Of a stretch of 64,000 nucleotides of DNA, positions 36,920-51,108 are shown in pieces (the stretch's first letter is position 1; every line of letters starts with the position of its first letter). The DNA comes from Squalus acanthias. Taxonomy: Eukaryota. Position numbers and translations under genes: made by a program. The stretch lies in NCBI GenBank assembly GCA_030390025.1, contig CM059432.1, forward strand, positions 80,168,001 through 80,232,000, given 5' to 3'. The notes beneath the pieces were generated by a model, which was given only the letters and a program-made list of their open reading frames with translations, was not told where the DNA came from and did no database searches.

Positions 36920-38335
36920 GGAAAACTGCCTATGTATGTCCTGTCCACAAAAAGCAGGACAAATCCAATCCGGCCAATTACCGCCCCATCAGTCTACACT
37001 CAATCATCCGCAAAGTGATGGAAGGTGTCATCGACAGTGCTATCAAGCAGCACTTACTCACCAATAACCTGCTCACTGATGCCCAGTTTGGGTTCCGCCA
37101 GGACCACTCGGCTCCAGACCTCATTACAGCCTTGGTCCAAACATGGACAAAAGAGCTGAATTCCAGAGGTGAGGAGAGAGTGACTGCCCTTGACATCAGG
37201 GCAGCGTTTGACCTAGCGTGGCATCAGGGATCCCTAGTAAAATTGAAGTCAATGGGAATCGGGGGGCGGAAATTCTCCACTGGCTGGAGTCATGCCTAGC
37301 ACAAAGATGGTTGTGGTGGTTGAAGGTCAATCATCACAGCCCCAGGACATTGCTGCAGGAGTTCCTCAGGGCAGTGTCCTAGGCCCAACTATCTTCAGCT
37401 GCTTCAATGACCTTCCCTCCATCATAAGGTCAGAAGTGGGGATGTTCGCTGATGACTGCGCAGTGTTCAGTGCCATTCACAACTCCTCTGATAATGAAGC
37501 AGTCTATGCCCGCATGCAGCAAGACCTGGACGACATTTAGGCTTGGGCTGATAAGTGGCAGGTAACATTCGCACCACACAAGTGCAAAGCAATGACTATC
37601 TCCAACAAGCAAACATCTAACCACCGTCCCTTGACATTCAGCAGCATTACCATTGCCGAATCCCCACCATCAATATCCTGGGGGGGTCACCATTGACCAG
37701 AAGAGCCACATAAATACTGTGTCAACAAGAGCAGGTCAGAGGCTGGGTATTCTGCGGCGAGTGTTTCACCTCCTGACTCCCCAAAGCCTTTCCACCATCT
37801 ACAAGGCACAAGGCATGAGTGTGATGGAATACTCTCCACTTGCCTGGATGAGTGCAGCTCCAACAACACTCAAGATGCTCGACACCATCCAGGACAAAGC
37901 AGCCCGCTTGATTGGCACCCCATCGACTACCTTAAACATTCAGTCCCTCCACCATTGGCGTTCCGTGGCTGCAGTGTGTACCATCTACAAGATGCACCTC
38001 AGCAACTCGCCAAGGCTTCTTCGGCAGCACCTCCCAAACCCGCGACCTCTTCCACCTAGAAAGACAAGGGCAGCAGGCGCATGGGAACACCACCACCTCC
38101 AAATTCCCCTTCAAGTCACACACCATCATGACTTGGATTTATATCACCGTTCCTTCATCGTCGCTGGGTCAAAATCCTGGAACTCCTTCCCTAACAGCAC
38201 TGGGAGTACCTTCACCACACGGACGGCAGCGGTTCAAGGCGGCGGCTCACCACCACCTTCTCCAGGGCAACTAGGGATAGGCAATAAATGCTGGCCTTTC
38301 CAGCGACGCCCACATCCTATGGACAAATAAAAAAA
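36920..38335 (+). mobile_element. CR1/L2-group LINE, RT and 3' tail
   Basis: AQFGFRQDHSAPDL, ALDIRAAFD, GVPQGSVLGP, MFADD. A short minus-strand CR1 piece sits at ~36817-36918. Confidence 0.9.
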
Positions 38336-38624
38336 AGACAAGCTGCTAGAAGAGGGAGGAGGAGGGGGAGAATGGCTCTCAGAAGAAGGCCATATCTGCA
38401 GATGGTCTTTAGGGAGCATAGCTTTTGCAGAACAGTTTGCTGGAGTGCTGTGATGCCCTGGAAGCCGCTTTGCACACTGGCATCCAGAGCCATGATGGCA
38501 ACAGTCTGAGCTTCCTCTGCAGCATTCAGATGTTAGATGGGTGCTGCTTGTGCTGTAATAGCTGAGACATTAGCCATCAGATGCTGCATCATAGTTGGTT
38601 TCACAGGTATGCTGCTGGAGGTAG

Positions 38625-40365
38625 CAACAACAACAACAACTTGTATTTATATAGCGCTTTTAACGTGGTAAAACCTCCCAAGGCGTTTCACAGGCATGTT
38701 ACAAGACAAAGAAAATTTGACACCGAGCCACATAAGGAGAAATTAGGGCAGATGACCAAAACCTTGGTCAAAGAGTTAGGTTTTAAGGAGCGTCTTAAAG
38801 GAGGAAAGAGAGAACGAGAGACGGAGAGGTTTAGGGAGGGAATTCCAGAGCTTAGGGCCTAGGCAGCTGAAGGCACGGCCACCAATGGTTGAGCAATTAT
38901 AATCAGGGATGCTCAAGAGGGCAGAATTAGAGGAGCGCAGATATCTCGGGGGTGGGGGGCGGTTGTGGGACTGGAGGAGATTATAGAGATAAGGAGGGGC
39001 GAGGCCATGGAGGGATTTGAAAACAAGGATGAGAATTTTGAAATCGAGGCATTGCTTAACCGAGAGCCAGTGTAGGACAGCGAGCACAGGGGTAATGGGC
39101 AAACAGGACTTGGTGCGAGTTAGGACACGGGCAGCCGAGTTTTGGATGACCTTAAGTTTACGTAGGGTAGAACGTGGGAGGCCAGCCAGAAGTGCGTTGG
39201 AATAGTCAAGTCTAGAGGTAACAAAGGCATGGATGAGGTTTTCAGCAGCAGATGAGCTGAGGCAGGGTCGGAGATGGGCGATGTTGCGGAGGTGGAAATA
39301 GGCGGTCGAATATGACACCAAGGTTGCAGACAGTCTGGTTCAGCCTCAGATAGATGCTAGGGAGAGGGATGGAGTCAGTGGCTAGGGAACGGAGTTTGCA
39401 GCGGGGACCAAAAACAATGGCTTCGGTCTTCCCAATGTTTAATTGTAGAAAATGTCTGCTCATCCAGTATTGGATGTCAGATAAGCAGTCTGACAATTTA
39501 GAGACCGTAGAGGGGTCGAGAGAAGTGGTGGTGAGGTAGAGCTAGGTGTCGTCAGCGTACGTGTGGAAACTGACCCTGTCTTTTTGGATGATGTCGCCGA
39601 GGGGCAGCATGTAGATGAGAAATAGGAGGGGGCCAAGGATAGATTGTTTTGAGACACCAGAGGTAATGATGCAGGAGCAGGAAGAGAAGCCACTGCAGGT
39701 GATTCTCTGACTACGATTAGATAGATAAGAATGGAACCAGGTGAGTGCAATCGCACCCAGCTGGAGGAGGGATAGTTTACCTTTGTCACAGTCACAAAGG
39801 ATGTCATTTGTGACTTTGATGAGAGCCGTTTCGGTACTGTGGCAGGGGCGGAAACCTGATTGGAGGGATTCAAACATGGAGCTGCGGGAAAGAGGAGTAC
39901 GGATTTGGGAGGCGACGACACGTTCAAGGACTTGAGAGGAAAGGGAGGTTGGAGATGGGGCGGTAGTTTGCAAGGATGGAGGGGTCAAGGGTTTTTTTTT
40001 TTTAATGAGAGGGGTGATGACAGCAGATTTGAAGGAGAGGGAGACAGTACCGGAGAAGAGAGAACTATTAACAATGTCAGCTAACATGGGAGCCAGAAAA
40101 GGAAGTTGAGTGGTTAGCAATTTAGTGGGAATAGGGTCGAGGGAGCAGGAAGTGGGTCTCATGGACAAGATGAGCACGGAGAGGTCATGAGGGGAGATCG
40201 GAGAGAAACTGGAGAAAGATGCGAGTTCAGGGCTAGGGCAGGGGGGAACCTTAGAGGAAGTTTGGCCCGGTGGGCTCGGGGAAGGAAGGGAAGTGGCAGA
40301 GACGGCTAATCAGAGGGTCTCAAACTTAGAGACAAAGAAGTCTATGAGCTCCTCGCACTTATTGG
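38625..40365 (-). mobile_element. L2 LINE, 5'-truncated
   Basis: SCSLDPIPTKLL, QSGFRPCHSTETAL, HTYADDT, SRLDYSNALL, LHWL; tail gcgctatataaatacaag(ttg)n. Confidence 0.9.
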
Positions 40366-40802
40366 GAAGGATGGGCTCCAAGCACTGCGCAAAGCCCTGT
40401 GCCAAGTTAGTCTGGAGTCCTCCATGCTCCTCGACATTGAACGCAAGCTTTCTGGCAGGGTTCCCAGTGCACCAAGCATTTGAATGTACACCCATCAGCC
40501 TTCTTCTGTAGCCTGGCCCATCAAAGTACTCATCCGAGTCCTCTGCAGCAGAACTAGTGTGCGACTCAGTCCTGCGCTCTCCTATCCCCCTGTCCGGGCT
40601 GCAGTGCACTTGTGCCCGGTGTCTCACCACGTGCAGATCCCGCCTCTATCCTGTACTCTAAATTACATGCAGTGTCAGTATCTGATCTGGTGGCTGCGAG
40701 TGTGAAATCAAGTGACGGTGTGTCTTCATCTTCACTGTCTTCTTGCTCTTCCTCCACTGCCTGGGCAGGTTGCAGTTCTTGGATATGTGAAAGAAAAAAA
40801 AA

Positions 40803-42428
40803 ACATAAGAACATAAGAAATAGGAGCAGGAGATGGCCATTTGGCCCTTCGAGCCTGCTCCGCCATTCAATATCATGGCTGATCTGATCTTGGCCTCAAC
40901 TCCACTTTCCCGCCTGCTACCAATAACCCTAGACTCCCCTGTAGCTCAACTATCTGTCTATCTCCGGCTTGAATATATTCAATGACTCAGCCTCCAGAGC
41001 TCTCTGTGGTAGAGAATTCCAAAGATTCACGAACCTCAGAGAAGAAATTCCTCCTCATCTTTTTAAATGGGCGACCCCTTATTCTGAAACTATGCCCCCT
41101 AGATTTAGATTCCCCCACGAGGGGAAACATCCTCCCTGCAGCCACCCTGTCAAGCCCCCTCAGAATCTTATATGGTTCAATAAGATCACCTCTCATTATT
41201 CTAAACTCCAATGAGTATAGGCCCAACCTGCTCAACCTTTCTTCATAAGACAACCCCTTCATCTCAGGAATCAACCTAGTGAACCTTCTCTGAACTGCCT
41301 CCAATGCAAATATATCCCTCCTTAAATAAGGAGACAAAAACTGCACGCAGTACTCCAGATGTGGTCTCACCAGTGCCCTGTACAGTTGTAGCAAGACTAC
41401 CCTACTTTTATACTCCATCCCCCTTGCAATGAAGGACAACACTCCATTTGCCTTACTAAATTACTTGCTGTACCTGCATGCTAACTTTTTGTGTTTCATG
41501 TACGAGGACCCCCAGATCCCTCTGTACCTCACCATTTTGTAGTCTCTCTCCATTTAAATAATAATTTGCTTTTTTATTCTTCCTACCAAAGTGGATAACC
41601 TCACATTTTCCCATATTATACTCCATCTGCCAAATTTTTGCACACTCACTTAACCTATCTATATCCCTTTGCAGACTCTTTGCGTCCTCTTCACAACTTG
41701 CTTTCCCACCTGTCTTTTTATCATCAGCAAATTTGGCGACAGTACACTCGGTCCCTTCATCCAAGTCATTAATATCGATTGTAAATAGTTGAGGCCCCAG
41801 CACTGATCCCTGTGGCACCCCACTAGTTACAGTTTGCCAACCTGAAAATGACCCATTTATCCCCGACTCTCTGTTTTCTGTTAGTTAGCCAATCCTCTAT
41901 CCATGCTAATATATTACCCCCAGCCCCGTGTTTGTCAAATACTATTTCCCTTTCATAAAACCATGTTGACTCTGCTTGATTGTATTATGATTTTCTAAAT
42001 ATCCTGCTATTACTTCCTTAATAATGGATTCCAGCATTTTCCCAATGACAAATGTTAGGTTAACTGGCCTATAGTTTCCTGCTTTTTGTCTCCCTCCTTT
42101 CTTGAATAGGGGAGTTACATTTGCGGTTTTTCAATCCACTGGGACCTCTCCAGAATCCAGGGAATTTTGGTAGATTACAACCAACGCATCCACTATCTCT
42201 GCAGTCACTTCTTTTAAGACCCAAGGATGCAGGCCATCAGGTCCAGGGGACTTGTCAGCCTTTAGTCCCATTAGTTTATGTAGTACTTTTTCTCTAGTGA
42301 TAGTGATTGTTTTAAGCTCCTCCCTCCCTATAGCCCCTTGATTATCAATTATTATTGGGATGCTTTTAGTGTCTTCTACCGTGAAGACCGATACAAAATA
42401 TTTGTTCAAAGTCTCTGCCATTTCCCGC
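40803..42428 (-). mobile_element. CR1 LINE, internally deleted
   Basis: KSPGPDGLHP, PQGSVLGPQLF, FADD, RPHLEYCVQF. Confidence 0.92.
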
Positions 42429-43567
42429 GGACAAAGGGACAAGGACAGGGTTGTGTTGAGGTGAGAGGAGAAAGTAAGAAGTGCATGCTTGCACCATCAG
42501 CAGCTCTCTGTCAGAAAAGATTGTGGGATGAGAGAAGGAGGATTAGGTATGTGGATAACCTCATCTTCAATGGCTTCAGCCCTGCCGGTCTCCACGGCCT
42601 CAGCAATGGCCCTTCCCTTAATGACCAGCACCATCTCCTCCATGGGGGTTAGAACATGCACACCACTTTCTCCTGCAAGAGAGTGAAGTGTGTCAGTGAG
42701 TGTCATGCAATCTGTGTGGGTGATGTGGCTGTCATGGTTAAATAGCTGCCAGTGTGTGCAAGCTGTGAGATGTGGGGGTGAGGGTGAGGTGAAGCATATG
42801 AATGTTAGGTATGGGTCCTAGTGATAGAGATTGTTGGTAGGTGAGTTGAGCAGTGGCTGAGGCTAGTGGTGGAGTTGGTAAGATATCGCATTTGAAGATA
42901 TATTCACGGACCTTGACCACTTGTGCAAGATCATTAATCTTCCTCCTGCACTGTAGCCATGTTCTTGGAGCTATACTCCTGGTATTGACCTCCTCCACTA
43001 TCTCTTGCCACTGCCTTTTGAACATGTGTCTGGAGGGCCTCTGGCCCCCAGGGTACAGGCCATCTCTCCTCCGTTCGACCTCTTCCACCAAGACCTCCAG
43101 TGCAGCGCCCAAAAACCTTGGTGCCCGCTCTCTCCCATGATCAGCCTTTGTTGATTGTTGCACAGCACACTATTCTCAATGATCTCAGCACCTCCAGCAG
43201 CCACAATGCACCTTCCCTTTAAGAAGTGCAGGTTAGCTTTTAGTGCAGGCTAGCTTTAAGTAGTGCAGGCTAGCTTTAAGTAGTGCTAGGAAGTAACCAT
43301 ATTGGGCCCCCTGCTGAAGCGTGCAGTCAATGAACAGCGTGGTTAGCGCTGGTTGCACGCAGAAATCATTATAATGAGTAGGCAGCACAAAGTTGGCACG
43401 CTGCCTACATTCCACTCAACGGTCACAGGTTAATCACACATTGCAATCCCCACGCCCGTTTTTGGGGGCTATCCAATTTAACCCACTAACACTTTGTTGC
43501 GAGTTCACTTTCAAGCTTCACAATTGTATTTTGCATCAAATTATAATTTACTAAACTAAAACATTTT

Positions 43568-45319
43568 GGCCACGAATTTGCCGGCACTCAGAGGGCGTGT
43601 TTGGAGGCGGGTCCACTGTCAAAATAGCAAAGATCGACAGCAGGTAGGAAACCTGCTGTCAACCTGCCTCCATGCGAGTCTCCCAGGTGTCGGGTCTGTC
43701 AGTGGAGAACTGACCCGACACCAAGCAGCAGGGGATACAATTCAGCTTGTTAAATGGCTTGTTAAGAGCCAATTTAAGACTAGTTTGAGGCTTCCTTCAA
43801 ATTTTACGTTCTCCCCCACGGGTTACCCGCTGTTCGGGGAACACGCCAGCTCAACCTGGCATGTTTTGAGTCTGCTCTGAGGCTTCTGATAAGCTGACAG
43901 CTGCAGAAGTGGTGTAAAGGATGTCATGTTGCAGATGGTGACTTCAGAGCGTAGAAAATGTTGGTTACTGCATTTTTTATACATAGAGATTTCTTTAGCT
44001 TACAAGTTTTTAGATACAACTGTATGTCCAGTGCCTCATTGGGAGAAGCGCTCTCACCATTGACCGATCGCTTCTGTCATCGCACCTGCAGCTATCATCT
44101 ATTGCAGCAACATGGGAGCCATTGAATCAATCAGACCTTGGTCCTCTGAATCCTTCCACGATCAGCCCCAACATCACCAACCTTCTCCGCCATCACCTGA
44201 TGCTGCACTGGACACAGGGCATCATCCTGACAACATTGCAGCCCAGGAGGCCAGTGATGGCATCACCATGGCCAGATTTACTTCACTTGATGCTGTAAAC
44301 CCTGGCTGCCACATGATGCGCCAGGTTGACACCATCCCACACCAGCACCGTGAAGCATCCCTTTAATGTCCAAGCTATTCCATGCACACTCATCACTATA
44401 GCCCGAGGGGAGGGAAGAGAGGTTATGTCTGAACAATCACTGGAACTCAGTAAGACTCTTCTCAAGGTGCACTCAGATCTGTCCAATAAGAGGCAGTTTT
44501 CGAAATAGATTTCACTGTATGACAACACATCACCAGAAACTTCACATGGACATTGGCTAAACATCTCAAGTGCCTACCCTTGTGTGTTGTTAGTTGGTAT
44601 GCTTGCAGTAGGATGAGGATGAAGATGAGTGTGAGGGGTGGTTAGTGAGATGGGGAAGTGATAAAGTAGATAGAGAGGGTTGGGTGGAGGTGCAAGGTAA
44701 GTTGGTGTGAGTAAGGATGTGCAGGAGAAGGGTATGGAAGGCAGAGTGATGGGGATGTGTTGAGTGGCACAGCAGGGTGAGTTTGAGTGTGGCTTTGCAG
44801 TAACGTTTCGTGATCCACTGAGATCATTGAAAGGTTGGTGCCACTGCAGCCAGGGACCCCTGACGACATCCCTGCTTTTGCCCTCCTGTGCAATGTGCAA
44901 CCAGGCTGCATTGGTGTCCTGGTGAGGTCTCTTCCGCCTTTGGAAGGGAAGAGAACCTCCCTGCAATGCTGTGACTCCCTCCATAAGCATATGGAGGAGT
45001 CACTGGAGAGCCTGGGTGCAAGCGTCCACCTTTGTGCAGTGCTCATCTGTGTTTGCAGCACCTCAATGCTGTCAAACACTGACAGAACAACTGTCAAACT
45101 CCATGTGGACGTGGTCCCTTTAAGGAAACCGGCTGATGATGTCATCAAATGACATCAGACCCGCTTCCTGTTAATTGGCCAGGAAGCCCGCAGGGCGGGC
45201 TTAACAAGGCCAATCAAGGGCCAATCCCATTTACAGAGCAGCTGCAGCCAGGTTTGTGACTGGAACCCGGAAACTAGTTCTCCCGCCGTCATCCCGCCTC
45301 CGATGAGAAATTCGCAGCC
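43568..45319 (-). mobile_element. Harbinger-derived element (same family as 23120-25799, opposite orientation)
   Basis: TTT|ggccacgaatttg ... gaaattcgcagcc|TTT; Myb remnant at ~44800-45030. Confidence 0.78.
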
Positions 45320-46764
45320 TTTAAAGGCTATGAAAACGGACAGTCCTCAATATAACGGCAAATTAAGATTTTGTAATAAGTGAAGCGTTCCCAGATTGAT
45401 ATAGTTAACTGCATGGTGAAGTTGAGACTTTTTTTAAGTTGGTCTTGAAATTATTGCATCACTATTGCTTTTAACTGGGAAGTTTCACTGAATACACCAT
45501 TAAAACAACTTAATGTTTTTAACTCCATCGTGCTTTGAAATGTACTGAAAAGGTACAAACTTTTAAAAATGCAGATACTGAACCTAACCAAAACAAGAGG
45601 CTCTTGACGTTACATCTTCTGCTGCTGCCTCTTCTTCCACCTGAGCCACTTGTTTTGTCTGATAGTTTTCACCAGAGGACAGCATGGGATCCAAGTGACT
45701 CAAATCAGGGCAACTTCAGGTAACATCGGTAGACAGCACCAGAGAAGCGCAGCTTAGATCAGAGCATTCTAGCAGAGTCTGCATGCAGGCCGGAGAAGAG
45801 CAGACTTCCCAGTCCCCCGTGGACAACGTGAACAAGAGATGAAAAAGCTGGTTGTTGATGCAGAATACGAGCAGTTGGCAGCAAGTCTATACCTTGTTTA
45901 GTTCTCAATTGCAATACTCATAAAAGGTGTTATTCCTCGCTGGGGCCACATTATGCATTTAGTTTATTCAAGGTCAGATACAAGAGACGAGGAGGAAGTA
46001 GTTATATTGTTTTGAGAATTTAACAATTATTTTGAGTGGCTGCCAGTGTCAGGCTTCTCCATGTGTGGCTCCTGCGTTCAAAAAGGAAATTGGAATTTTA
46101 AGCAATCAATTAGACTGGTGTCACAATCTTGAGGAAAATGTTACCACTTCTGTTTTTTAAATTTTAAATGAATACATTTAGCTTGTTCATATTGGCTGTA
46201 GTTTAAGCTGTTGCTGTATAATATGGCAAATTTGCATGATGTACACCATTCACAGCAGTTTCTTTCCAGTATGTCTCAATAGGATGATAAAAATTAGCTC
46301 AGAAACTTAGCTTTCACTCTTCTCTACCACCATTGGGACATCATACTGGCCTTCCCAATGTCACATTTATAGTCCACTGCATGTAGTGGGGGGGGGGGGG
46401 GATGCTCAAGTGAGCGGCCAATGTCACTGGCAGGTTCTTACGAGCAGGTTTTGAGGTGGGGTTGCCTCAATGTTTTCCTGCCCATTTTCCTTTCTTTTTA
46501 AACCACCATGACACTGCTCAAAAATGGGTGGTTTTGCCAAGTTCAACCAGGCACTGTGCTCTAATCTCTTAGTTTACCATATACACAAGCATCAGCAAAT
46601 TACAACATTTTTAATATATACAAAATAATGGGAATGATACTGTGGAATACTAGGGTTTGCACACTATATATTCATCTGAAATTCCTCTCTGCAATTTTAG
46701 TGAAGCTTCAATATAAATGGGTTATTGCCACCACTAAAATAGCAGAGACAAGTTCTGATACTAC

Positions 46765-47405
46765 AACAAAACAACTTGCATTTATATAGCACCTTTAACA
46801 GAAAAAAATAGTCCCAAGGTGTTTCACAGAGGTGTAATCAGACAAAAATGGACCAAGCCAAAGGAAGAGATATTAGGAGGGGTGACCAAAGGTTTTGACT
46901 AGGTCAGAGCGGGACCAAGCAAGGACAGTTTCACTGAGTTGGACAATGGAAGAGAGGCATTTGAGGAGAATGGCGTGGTTGACTGCGTTAAAGGCTGCAG
47001 AGAGGTTGAGGAGAACAAGGAGGGAAAATGTACCACAGTCACAAAGAATCTCATTTGTGACTTTGATTAGAGCCATTTCAGTGCTGTGGCAGAGGGTGAA
47101 ACTTGATTGGAGAGATAGCAATTTAAATATGGAGTTGCACATATTTGGGAGGTGGCAACACATTCAAGGACTTTGGAAAGGAAAAGGAAGTAGGAAATGG
47201 GGCAGTAGTTTGCAGGATAGAAGGAGCCGAGTGTGGGATTTTTTTTGAGGGAGGGGTGCGGGGGTTGATAATGACAATTTTGAAAGGGAGGGGCACAGTA
47301 GCTGAGGATAAGAAACCATTTACAGTCTCAGCTAGCATGGGGGCCAGCAAGGGAAACTGGGTGGTCAGCAGTTTAGTGGGAATGAGGTTAAGTGAGCAGA
47401 GGGTG
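46765..47405 (-). mobile_element. Old, internally deleted L2
   Basis: CSLNLIPTKLL, HSTEMALIKVTN, LNLSAAFN; L2 tail at ~46770. Confidence 0.75.
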
Positions 47406-47833
47406 GGTACTTTGTACTCTGCCAAAGAGTAATAGGTGCAGATTTATGTGCATAATCTCCCACTCAGCAAGGTCCCAAACTCATCAGTGCCACCAGGGGA
47501 GACGCCAAGCCAAGGTGAGCCATCTGTTCCATGGGAAAATGAGGGTGACTTGAAGGAGTCAAACCAGACCATTCGATCCACCTTCTAGTGGCTGGTTACA
47601 AAACCCACATTGGGACAAGCATGGGAGCAAGTTGGCCTGCCCACCTTGATCAGGATATGATGTGTGACATAGAAATTCCTAAAGATGGGAAGTACAAAAT
47701 AAGTTACTTTGCCAGCCCTTATGTTAATGGATTTGACTTGTAGAATGTTGGTTTTAATAATGTTTTGTTACAACATTGCCAACATGTACTTAGACTAGAA
47801 TATGTAGGTTTAAAAGATAAGTTATAAACTTAC

Positions 47834-47958
47834 TTAAACTCAATTCCAGTTTGCAGAAGTGACTGAAAGAATTGTTGAGAACTGCTCCTGGGTACATGTA
47901 TATCCACAACAACACCAAGTTTAATAGAAGGGATACTGCTGGGCTGCCACAAATTCAC
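47834..47958 (-). CDS. CPA6: Carboxypeptidase A6, exon 3 equivalent (pro-domain), 125 nt
   Basis: Minus strand reads ...tgcctacAG|VNLWQPSSIPSIKLGVVVDIHVPRSSSQQFFQSLLQTGIEF-AA|GTaagt. Resembles the CPA6 pro-segment VDLWQPSS..DVHIP (recalled). Its phase-2 end joins the exon at 26027. Confidence 0.9.
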
Positions 47959-49009
47959 CTGTAGGCAGAAAACAATCTGTAATTTTTATGCATTTCTGTT
48001 CTAGTTACAAAACAATTCTCCGTTATATAACAGTTCTTGTCATGTACAGTATTTATGGATTGCAATTTAGTAATGCTTAAAATGCATGAAGTGAGCAGCT
48101 CCTAAAATAACCTGACAATTCACCACAATCACTTCCATTGGAAGAATAACCGTCAATTCAACAGTCCATTAGCCATCCTTTTAACTCCTGTGGCCATTCT
48201 TAGATTGCTGAATGCATACCGATCACTATTCATATTCCCTGCTCAGTCAGTCTCCTTTCATTTCTTCCTGTTAGCTTTTTAAAAACTACTTGAATTTAAA
48301 TTGTCAGTGGTGATAATGCCAGGCCTTACAGGAGTTACCGAACCCAACAGTGTAACCAATAAATTATCAATAGGATGGATTCAGATCTACAAAGCACTGT
48401 TAAAATGTTAGTCTCTTTGTGTAATATGCTAATCAACACAATTACATTGAGTAGAATAGAGAATTTCTCCATTGGTATAAATGTCCAAGGTTATAACATA
48501 TTCAACATCTGTGATGCAGAATTTGACTTCAGACATTACTGGTAGAAAAGGCAGATTACTCTCCTGGGATCAGAGTTATTATATGTGCTAATTGTGCAGT
48601 AAGGTGTTGTAATTTTGTTAGTTAACATTAATAGAGTGGGCAATACTTATTGCCCATGCTCTTATGATTTCTCCTGCAAGTAAGCAAGTGTAACAGACAT
48701 TGACAGATTAGCCTTGCATTAATGGTGCTTTTGATTGCTAATCCCTTGTTCAGCAATTAACAAGAAATGGGCAGCTTTTCAAGATTTGCTGGATTCACAC
48801 ATCTCGTTAATTTCACAGAATTTAAATTCATGTAAAGCACCAGAGTGGGACACCAGAGTTTGTAGGGTGAACAGAGCAGTTGCTAGTTTCTGGAACAAGT
48901 CAAAGTCTTTCGGTAAACACAGCAGCATGGGTGTTGCAGGGTCAATTTTTTTTTTGGAAGATTTGAAGGAGCACAAGTAGGAAACCATGGCCCAAAAGGT
49001 TTGAGGTCA

Positions 49010-49860
49010 TATAAAGTAGGCTTTCAGGACTTACTTTACCCAGTGCAGCAGGAGTACCAAAGATGCACCTGTACCTCAGTGAGGAACAACTTATATGGAA
49101 GCTGTGCAACAACAAAAGTGATCTCTCTGCCCTGGGTCAACTCTTGAAACCGGACCTGCAGCCAAGAAGCAACATCGTATGATGCTCTTAGTGGAAATGA
49201 AAGGAACTACAGAACTAGACTTCTGTTCCAGTGAGTACTTCTAAGCACCAAGCAGATGCCTTCAGTTGCTATGCAGTTTACTGCTGTATCAGAGTTAACA
49301 CAAGCCCTTTTTCACTACATGCACACACAGATCAAATTCAGCACCAGTATGTAGTATCAACTGGACAGGTACACACAATTTTTTTCCATTCTTGTGGCAT
49401 CTTTGAGTACAATTTATCATTGAAGTACAATTTATCATTGATAGCACTCACATTGCCATTTGTGCACATACAAGCAGTACCTTTTATCAACAAAAGGATT
49501 ACAGTTCCCTGAACAATGAAATAGTAAGCAACCAAATTATGCAAGCTAATGCTCAGCTACAAGCTCATGATGCACATATCTTCAGGGAATCAGAGTTCCC
49601 CACCCGTTCAAGGGAGAAGACAGAATTCAACGTTGGCTCCTGGGTTGTCTGGTCCAAACAAGGCAGACTCTGCAGAACCCTCAAACCTCACAAGGGCTAC
49701 AAAGAGGAACATTTGCAGAGCAGAAATGTAACAGAACAAACCTTCAGCTTGTTAGAACACTTTTGATGTTTGGATTGCTCTTATAATATCTTGCAGTACG
49801 ACCCTGGTCGAGCTGGTCGAGTAACTGTAGAATATTGCGTGCTACACAATATTGCCACTG
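49010..49860 (+). pseudogene. Fossil PIF/Harbinger (HARBI1-like) DDE transposase
   Basis: Degenerate, frameshifted motifs in the expected order: LSEEQ, LLKPDLQP, IDSTHIAI, FINK..SLN, MQANA..HDAHIFRES, NVTEQTFSLL. Confidence 0.6.
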
Positions 49861-50912
49861 AAAGAGGCATATGCATCTTTGCCAAACAAGGAGCTGCAAC
49901 AAGGCAGATTCCAGGAAGAGGATAATGTGAAACATGTATCCCTGTGGCCTACCAGCCGGTGTCCTAAATGGCACAGGTTTGATAGACACGCAACACCCAT
50001 GAGGCTTGAACACAATGCTTCTGCAAACAGAAGAAGAAGTGAATGCAGAACCTTTGGGCATATCAAAATTTGTTTGTTACATTGAACTGTTTACTACCAC
50101 AAGCTACTTCTCAAATGCTCAGATGCAACTGAAAAGTAGCTAGTGGAAGTGAACAGTTCAGCATTAATTTAGCATCTCCTTTAATTCTATGTTTGAGCAA
50201 AGGGTTTATTCATTTTTATCAATTAATAAAATGGATCTTTTATTCAGTGCTTCATTTTCCACTCCACTGACAAGGACCGCAAGATCAGTTAGAGCTAAAA
50301 CAGCTGATCAGCCATACAATAATATTTGGATGTGCAAAGAAACTGCTTGAAAAGAAATCTGGAGATTTACATATTTCATTAAACTGCAGATTACAAGTGG
50401 AGTAAACATTAATAATATTGATGGGAACTCTCTCAGTATGGACTGCCCTCACTGGTATAGAGGAGTGCAGCTGATCTGCTGCTCCTCCATACAACCAATC
50501 CCCATCCACTTTACTTCAATAACCCAGGAAAGATTGGCAATTCCCCATCTAGGAGAAGAAAACATTCAAACTGATAGGCAAAACTAAATTCAAACCCAGA
50601 GCTATTCATAGTATGGAGCACTGATGCAATATGCCACCAGGTTGTCTACATGCCAGCACTATTAGGCAGCTGTATGTGTTGATCTGCAACTTAGACTTTT
50701 TACACTCATCAGGCTCCTTTTATCTCTGGGTGTTCCTATGTGGCAAGACTAACAGTGACAAGAATTCTATTCTGACAGATAACAGAACTTCATTCATCAG
50801 GAATCATGTCTGATCAAAGGCAAATGACAGCTGGTAGCTGAATTTTGAAATGTGATCCTCCTTTTCTCTACTTGGTTATTAATTACCTAATACCAGTTAT
50901 GATTTTCATTCG

Positions 50913-50931
50913 ATGTATGTATGTATGTATG

Positions 50932-50980
<49 letters not shown>

Positions 50981-51043
50981 ATGTATGTATGTATGTATGT
51001 ATATATATATATATATATATGTATGTATATATATATATATATG

Positions 51044-51108
<65 letters not shown>

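Larger units (their letters stand above)
38336..43484 (-). mobile_element. Fragmented Harbinger element (Myb/SANT gene on minus, transposase N-terminus on plus), split by L2 and CR1
   Basis: Myb exon RERAPRF..WQEIVEEVN..RTWLQCRRKINDL..K|gt ending 42912; ttgcag|EKVVH from 42672; acidic exon ~40790-40370; RRRPYLQMVFREH at ~38380 on plus; TIR-like ccaatttaaccc at 43473-43484. Left end not located. Confidence 0.65.
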
